From: an uncultured Eubacteriaceae bacterium
GTDB lineage: Bacteria; Bacillota; Clostridia; Eubacteriales; Alkalibacteraceae
Direction: 5' to 3'
Assembly (NCBI GenBank): GCA_964582705.1
Contig: CAZOTE010000002.1
Coordinates: 1 to 63,315 of the forward strand
DNA length: 63,315 bases
Below, piece after piece: positions 59,044-63,315 of this stretch. Under the pieces are notes generated by a model. That model was given only the letters and a program-made list of their open reading frames with translations, searched no databases and was not told the origin of the DNA. The position numbers and the translations under genes were made by a program. How positions within the stretch are numbered: the first letter of the stretch is position 1; each line of letters starts with the position of its first letter.

Positions 59044-60378
59044 ATGTTAAAAGAACTGAGCCAAATGGCAGAAAAAAGCAGCTATATAAATCCTGAATTA
59101 TATACCAAATACGAGGTTAAAAGAGGCTTGCGGGATATCACCGGCAAGGGAGTGCTTACAGGACTTACTGAAATTGGGGAAGTCCATTCTTACATAATAT
59201 GCGACAATGAAATGGTGCCGGAACCCGGCCAACTGTTCTATAGAGGAATCGATGTAGCGGATTTGACAAAGGGGTTCATGACAGAGGAACGAGCGGGTTT
59301 TGAAGAGACGATATACCTTTTGCTCTTCGGTTCACTACCGACCAGTGAAAGGCTTACAGACTTCAACAAGCTTCTCGCTGATTACAGAAGTCTTCCCAAA
59401 AGCTTCGTAAGAGACATAATTATGAAAGCGCCCAGCAAAGACGTAATGAACATGCTCGCAAGGGGTGTACTGGCACTGTACAGCTACGACGAGAATGCAG
59501 ATGACACATCTGTTGAAAACGTGCTTCGGCAAAGCTTGATGTTGATAGCTCAATTCCCACTTTTAGCTGTTTACAGCTACCAGGCTATTTCACATTATCA
59601 TAGAAATCAGAGCTTGATAATTCATAGCCCAAAGGCTGAGTATTCCACCGCTGAGAATATACTTCATCTTCTAAGACCTGACAGCACATTTACTCCCCTT
59701 GAGGCTCAAATACTTGATTTGGCTCTTGTCCTTCACGCCGAGCACGGCGGAGGAAACAACTCCACATTTACTACCCATGTAGTAAGCTCAGCGGGAACAG
59801 ATACCTACTCTGCAATTGCCGCCGCTTTAGGCTCGCTGAAAGGACCAAAGCATGGCGGAGCAAACATCAAAGTTGTTCAGATGTTTGATGATATCAAAGA
59901 AAACGTACAGAATTGGGAAAGCGACGATGAGATTAAAGACTATTTGACCAAGCTTTTAAGAAAAGAGGCATTCGACAAGTCAGGGCTGATATACGGCATG
60001 GGCCACGCAGTCTATTCTGTATCCGACCCAAGAGCAGAAATCTTAAGAGCACACTGCCAAAGCCTTGCTCACGACAAAGGCCTTGAGCATGAGTTTAATC
60101 TTTATCACAAGGTTGAAAAACTTGCGCAGGAAGTCATACAGGAAGAGCGAAAAATCTATAAAGGCGTCAGCGCCAATGTAGATTTCTATTCTGGTTTTGT
60201 TTATCATATGCTTAATCTGCCAAAGGAGCTGCTAACACCAATTTTTGCAATATCGAGAATTGCTGGCTGGAGCGCCCATAGAATCGAAGAAATAGTCAAT
60301 AGAGGCAAGATAATCAGACCTGCATACAAGAGCATATCAAAGCGCAAGGATTATATCAGCCTGGAAAGCAGAAAATAA
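59044..60378 (+). CDS. Si-type citrate / 2-methylcitrate synthase
   Basis: LHAEHGGGNNST, GPKHGGAN, GMGHAVY..SDPRA, NVDFYSG. Confidence 0.92.
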   Translation: MLKELSQMAEKSSYINPELYTKYEVKRGLRDITGKGVLTGLTEIGEVHSYIICDNEMVPEPGQLFYRGIDVADLTKGFMTEERAGFEETIYLLLFGSLPTSERLTDFNKLLADYRSLPKSFVRDIIMKAPSKDVMNMLARGVLALYSYDENADDTSVENVLRQSLMLIAQFPLLAVYSYQAISHYHRNQSLIIHSPKAEYSTAENILHLLRPDSTFTPLEAQILDLALVLHAEHGGGNNSTFTTHVVSSAGTDTYSAIAAALGSLKGPKHGGANIKVVQMFDDIKENVQNWESDDEIKDYLTKLLRKEAFDKSGLIYGMGHAVYSVSDPRAEILRAHCQSLAHDKGLEHEFNLYHKVEKLAQEVIQEERKIYKGVSANVDFYSGFVYHMLNLPKELLTPIFAISRIAGWSAHRIEEIVNRGKIIRPAYKSISKRKDYISLESRK

Positions 60379-60484
60379 AGCTTGTGATATATTTTATCTA
60401 GATAAAATATATCTTGAATATTAAAATATTTTTTTGTATAATCACGCATGTTAATAATTTTTATCATACAAGGGAGGATTATAA

Positions 60485-61684
60485 ATGGGAAAAGCACTGA
60501 TCATTGGAGCCGGTGGCGTTTCAAATGTCGTAGTACATAAATGCTGCCAAAATTCCGATATATTCGAAGAAATATGCTTGGCCAGCAGAACTATAGAAAA
60601 ATGCGACGCCATCGTGGCTAAGCTACCCGAAACGAAAACAAAGGTAAGCACAGCAAAAGTGGATGCAGACAATACGGATGAGGTAATATCCTTGATTGAA
60701 AAGTTCAATCCGGATATAGTAATAAACGTTGCACTCCCTTATCAGGATCTTACGATAATGGATGCATGCCTTGCAACAGGTGTTCATTATATGGATACAG
60801 CCAACTATGAGCCTCCGGATATTCCTAAATTCGAGTATAAGTGGCAATGGGCATATAGGGAAAGGTTCGAAAAGGCAGGTCTTACTGCATTGTTAGGCAG
60901 CGGCTTCGATCCCGGTGTAACAGGCGTTTTTTGTGCTTATGCGCAAAAGCACTATTTCGATGAAATTCATTATATCGACATAGTGGATGCAAATGCGGGA
61001 GATCATGGATATCCCTTTGCAACAAATTTTAATCCCGAGATTAACATTAGGGAGATTACTGCTAACGGCAGGTACTTTGAGAATGACGATTGGGTGGAAA
61101 TTCCTCCCATGTCTATGAAGAAAACCTATGACCTGCCCCAGATTGGAGAAAAAGATATTTATCTTCTCTACCACGAAGAGCTGGAATCTTTATCAAAAAA
61201 CATAAAAGGCATCAAGCGAATCCGTTTTTGGATGACATTCTCCGAAAAATATCTGACACATCTAAAGGTATTGGAAAATGTAGGAATGACTTCTATCGAA
61301 CCCATCGATTTTGAGGGTCAAAAGATTGCTCCTCTTCACTTTTTAAAGGCCGTGCTGCCTGATCCTGCTTCACTGGGACCTAGAACGAAAGGCAAAACGA
61401 ATATAGGTTGCGTAATTCAAGGAACCAAAGACGGCAAACCAAAGACTTACTATGTTTACAATGTCTGCGACCACCAGGAGGCTTATCGCGAAGTGGGCTC
61501 ACAAGCAATTTCCTATACAACAGGCGTACCTGCTATGATCGGAGCGATGATGATTCTTAAGGGCTTATGGAAAAAACCTGGAGTATACAATGTAGAGGAA
61601 TTTGATCCGGATCCTTTTATGGAAGCTCTAAACGAAAACGGCCTTCCTTGGCTGGAATCCTTCGATCCTGTTTTATTGGACTAG
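60485..61684 (+). CDS. Carboxyspermidine dehydrogenase (saccharopine dehydrogenase family)
   Basis: GAGGV, NVALPYQD, DTANYE, GFDPG, ATNFNPEINIRE; directly upstream of nspC. Confidence 0.9.
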   Translation: MGKALIIGAGGVSNVVVHKCCQNSDIFEEICLASRTIEKCDAIVAKLPETKTKVSTAKVDADNTDEVISLIEKFNPDIVINVALPYQDLTIMDACLATGVHYMDTANYEPPDIPKFEYKWQWAYRERFEKAGLTALLGSGFDPGVTGVFCAYAQKHYFDEIHYIDIVDANAGDHGYPFATNFNPEINIREITANGRYFENDDWVEIPPMSMKKTYDLPQIGEKDIYLLYHEELESLSKNIKGIKRIRFWMTFSEKYLTHLKVLENVGMTSIEPIDFEGQKIAPLHFLKAVLPDPASLGPRTKGKTNIGCVIQGTKDGKPKTYYVYNVCDHQEAYREVGSQAISYTTGVPAMIGAMMILKGLWKKPGVYNVEEFDPDPFMEALNENGLPWLESFDPVLLD

Positions 61685-61693
61685 GAGCAGATT

Positions 61694-62833
61694 ATGACTA
61701 TAGATTTTAATAAGGTCCCTACTCCCTGCTACGTGGTAGATGAGAGTTTGATCATAAAGAACCTTGAGCTCCTAAAATCAGTTCAAGACAGAACCGGATG
61801 CAAGATACTTCTAGCCCTAAAAGGTTTTTCAATGCATGCTCTTTTCCCCCTTATAGGTCAGTATTTAAAGGGCATAACCTCCAGCTCTCTCTTTGAAGCT
61901 CGTTTAGGATATGAAGAGATGGGCAAAGAAGTCCACGCCTATGCTCCAGCTTATGTGGAAGAGGATTTCGATGAACTTTTAAGTTATGTAGACCACTTGG
62001 TATTTAACAGTTTCGATCAATGGCTTAAGTACAAGACCAAGGTGAAGTCAGTGAAGTCAAAAGATATCGAGTGCGGCATACGAATAAACCCTCAGTATTC
62101 TGAGATATCTACTCCCATCTACAATCCTTGTTACACCAATTCAAGGTTGGGAGTGACCTTAGATAATTTTAAACCGGATTTGTTGGATGGTATAGACGGA
62201 CTTCATTTTCATACCATGTGCGAGCAGAATTCTGACACGCTGGAACGAACAATCAAGGTAGTGGACGAGAAATTTGGCAAGTACCTCAAAAATATGAAAT
62301 GGCTTAACTTTGGCGGGGGTCATCACATAACGAGACCAGATTACGACATAGAAAAACTTATAAACTCCATTATTTTCATGAAGGATAAATACGATCTCGA
62401 AATTTACTTAGAGCCCGGAGAGGCAATAGCTTTGAATACCGGCTACTTGGTAGGTTCAGTCCTTGATATAGTTGAAAACGGCATGGAAATAGCCATTTTG
62501 GATGCATCTGCAGCATGCCACATGCCTGATGTGCTGGAAATGCCATACCGCCCTCATATCATAAATTCTGATGAACCAGGTGTGCTTGCCCATACCTATA
62601 GACTTGGAGGCAACACCTGCTTGGCAGGTGATATAATCGGAGATTATTCCTTTAGCAAGCCTCTCAAGCCTGGAGATAAATTAGTTTTTTGCGACATGGC
62701 TCACTATACCATGGTAAAGAATAACATGTTTAATGGCGTCAATCTTCCTTCAATCGCAATATATAGTGAAAAAGAGGGGTTGAAAGTGATCAGAAAGTTC
62801 ACTTTCGAGGATTATAAAAACAGGCTATCATAA
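61694..62833 (+). CDS. nspC: Carboxy(nor)spermidine decarboxylase
   Basis: LLALKGFS, HFHTMCEQ, NFGGGHH, EPGEA, CHMPDVLEMPYRP, CLAGD, YTMVK. Confidence 0.95.
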   Translation: MTIDFNKVPTPCYVVDESLIIKNLELLKSVQDRTGCKILLALKGFSMHALFPLIGQYLKGITSSSLFEARLGYEEMGKEVHAYAPAYVEEDFDELLSYVDHLVFNSFDQWLKYKTKVKSVKSKDIECGIRINPQYSEISTPIYNPCYTNSRLGVTLDNFKPDLLDGIDGLHFHTMCEQNSDTLERTIKVVDEKFGKYLKNMKWLNFGGGHHITRPDYDIEKLINSIIFMKDKYDLEIYLEPGEAIALNTGYLVGSVLDIVENGMEIAILDASAACHMPDVLEMPYRPHIINSDEPGVLAHTYRLGGNTCLAGDIIGDYSFSKPLKPGDKLVFCDMAHYTMVKNNMFNGVNLPSIAIYSEKEGLKVIRKFTFEDYKNRLS

Positions 62834-62855
62834 AGAGCAGGCTTTCTGCTCTTTT
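62833..62855 (+). terminator. Terminator after nspC
   Basis: AAAGAGCAG-GCTTT-CTGCTCTTTT. Confidence 0.7.
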
Positions 62856-62895
62856 CTATTGCCTCAATTTTAAAGTGGAGAAAGGCAGATTTATT

Positions 62896-63315
62896 ATGAG
62901 ATTGAGAAAAAAACCCTGGGCTGAACCAGAAATGAGGAAAGATTCAAAAGTCATATTCAATCCATCAGAGCACAAAGGTCATTGGAAAGAAGTCTTTGGA
63001 AATTCAAGCCAAATACATCTGGAGCTCGGATGTGGCAAGGGGCGCTTCATAACACAAAAGGCACAGGAAAACCCTGAAACGAATTATATTGCATTGGATT
63101 ATCAAAATGAAGTTCTCATATATCTTTTAAGAAAAATAAACAATCTGAATATAGAGAATGTAAGAATTTTGCCCATGAGAGCAGATTTTCTGGAAGCTGT
63201 CTTTTCAAAGGATGAAATCAGTAAAATTTATATAAACTTTTGCAATCCTTGGCCAAAGGACAGACATCAAAAGCGTCGACTCACCCACACTCGCTTTTTG
63301 GAAAAGTACGATGCT
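62896..63315 (+). CDS. trmB: tRNA (guanine-N7)-methyltransferase, partial (runs off window; absent from ORF track)
   Basis: Translates MRLRKKPWA...HLELGCGKGRF...INFCNPWPKDRHQKRRLTH. Confidence 0.95.
   Translation, partial: MRLRKKPWAEPEMRKDSKVIFNPSEHKGHWKEVFGNSSQIHLELGCGKGRFITQKAQENPETNYIALDYQNEVLIYLLRKINNLNIENVRILPMRADFLEAVFSKDEISKIYINFCNPWPKDRHQKRRLTHTRFLEKYDA

Overview
Low-GC chromosomal window from an anaerobic Firmicute (Clostridia/Eubacteriaceae-like gene content), mostly metabolic genes. In order: a polyphosphate cluster (sixA-CHAD-ppx-ppk1) with a candidate Pho box; an alpha-glucoside PTS/GH4 operon; TPP-riboswitch-controlled thiW; an NlpC/P60-LysM-G5 cell-wall hydrolase; a cassette encoding a Tat-exported flavo-lipoprotein reductase with its own tatB-tatA-tatC (tatA missing from the ORF track), an FMN-binding lipoprotein and a PucR-type regulator; galE/zapA/lemA/dprA; natAB; a hemA-to-cbiB tetrapyrrole/cobamide cluster; a second TPP-riboswitch operon starting with a TatD-family hydrolase ahead of ThiXYZ; SulP; an ABC exporter; a sucrose PTS operon with two RAT elements and a truncated fructokinase; a long-type SpeA plus carboxyspermidine dehydrogenase/decarboxylase; rubrerythrin, sfsA, an MFS transporter, citrate synthase and partial trmB. 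No rRNA, tRNA, CRISPR array or IS element was recognised. The best candidates for undescribed biology are the Tat-reductase cassette (KstD-like rather than fumarate-reductase active-site motifs) and the TPP-regulated TatD. All family calls come from motif recognition by eye, not database searches.
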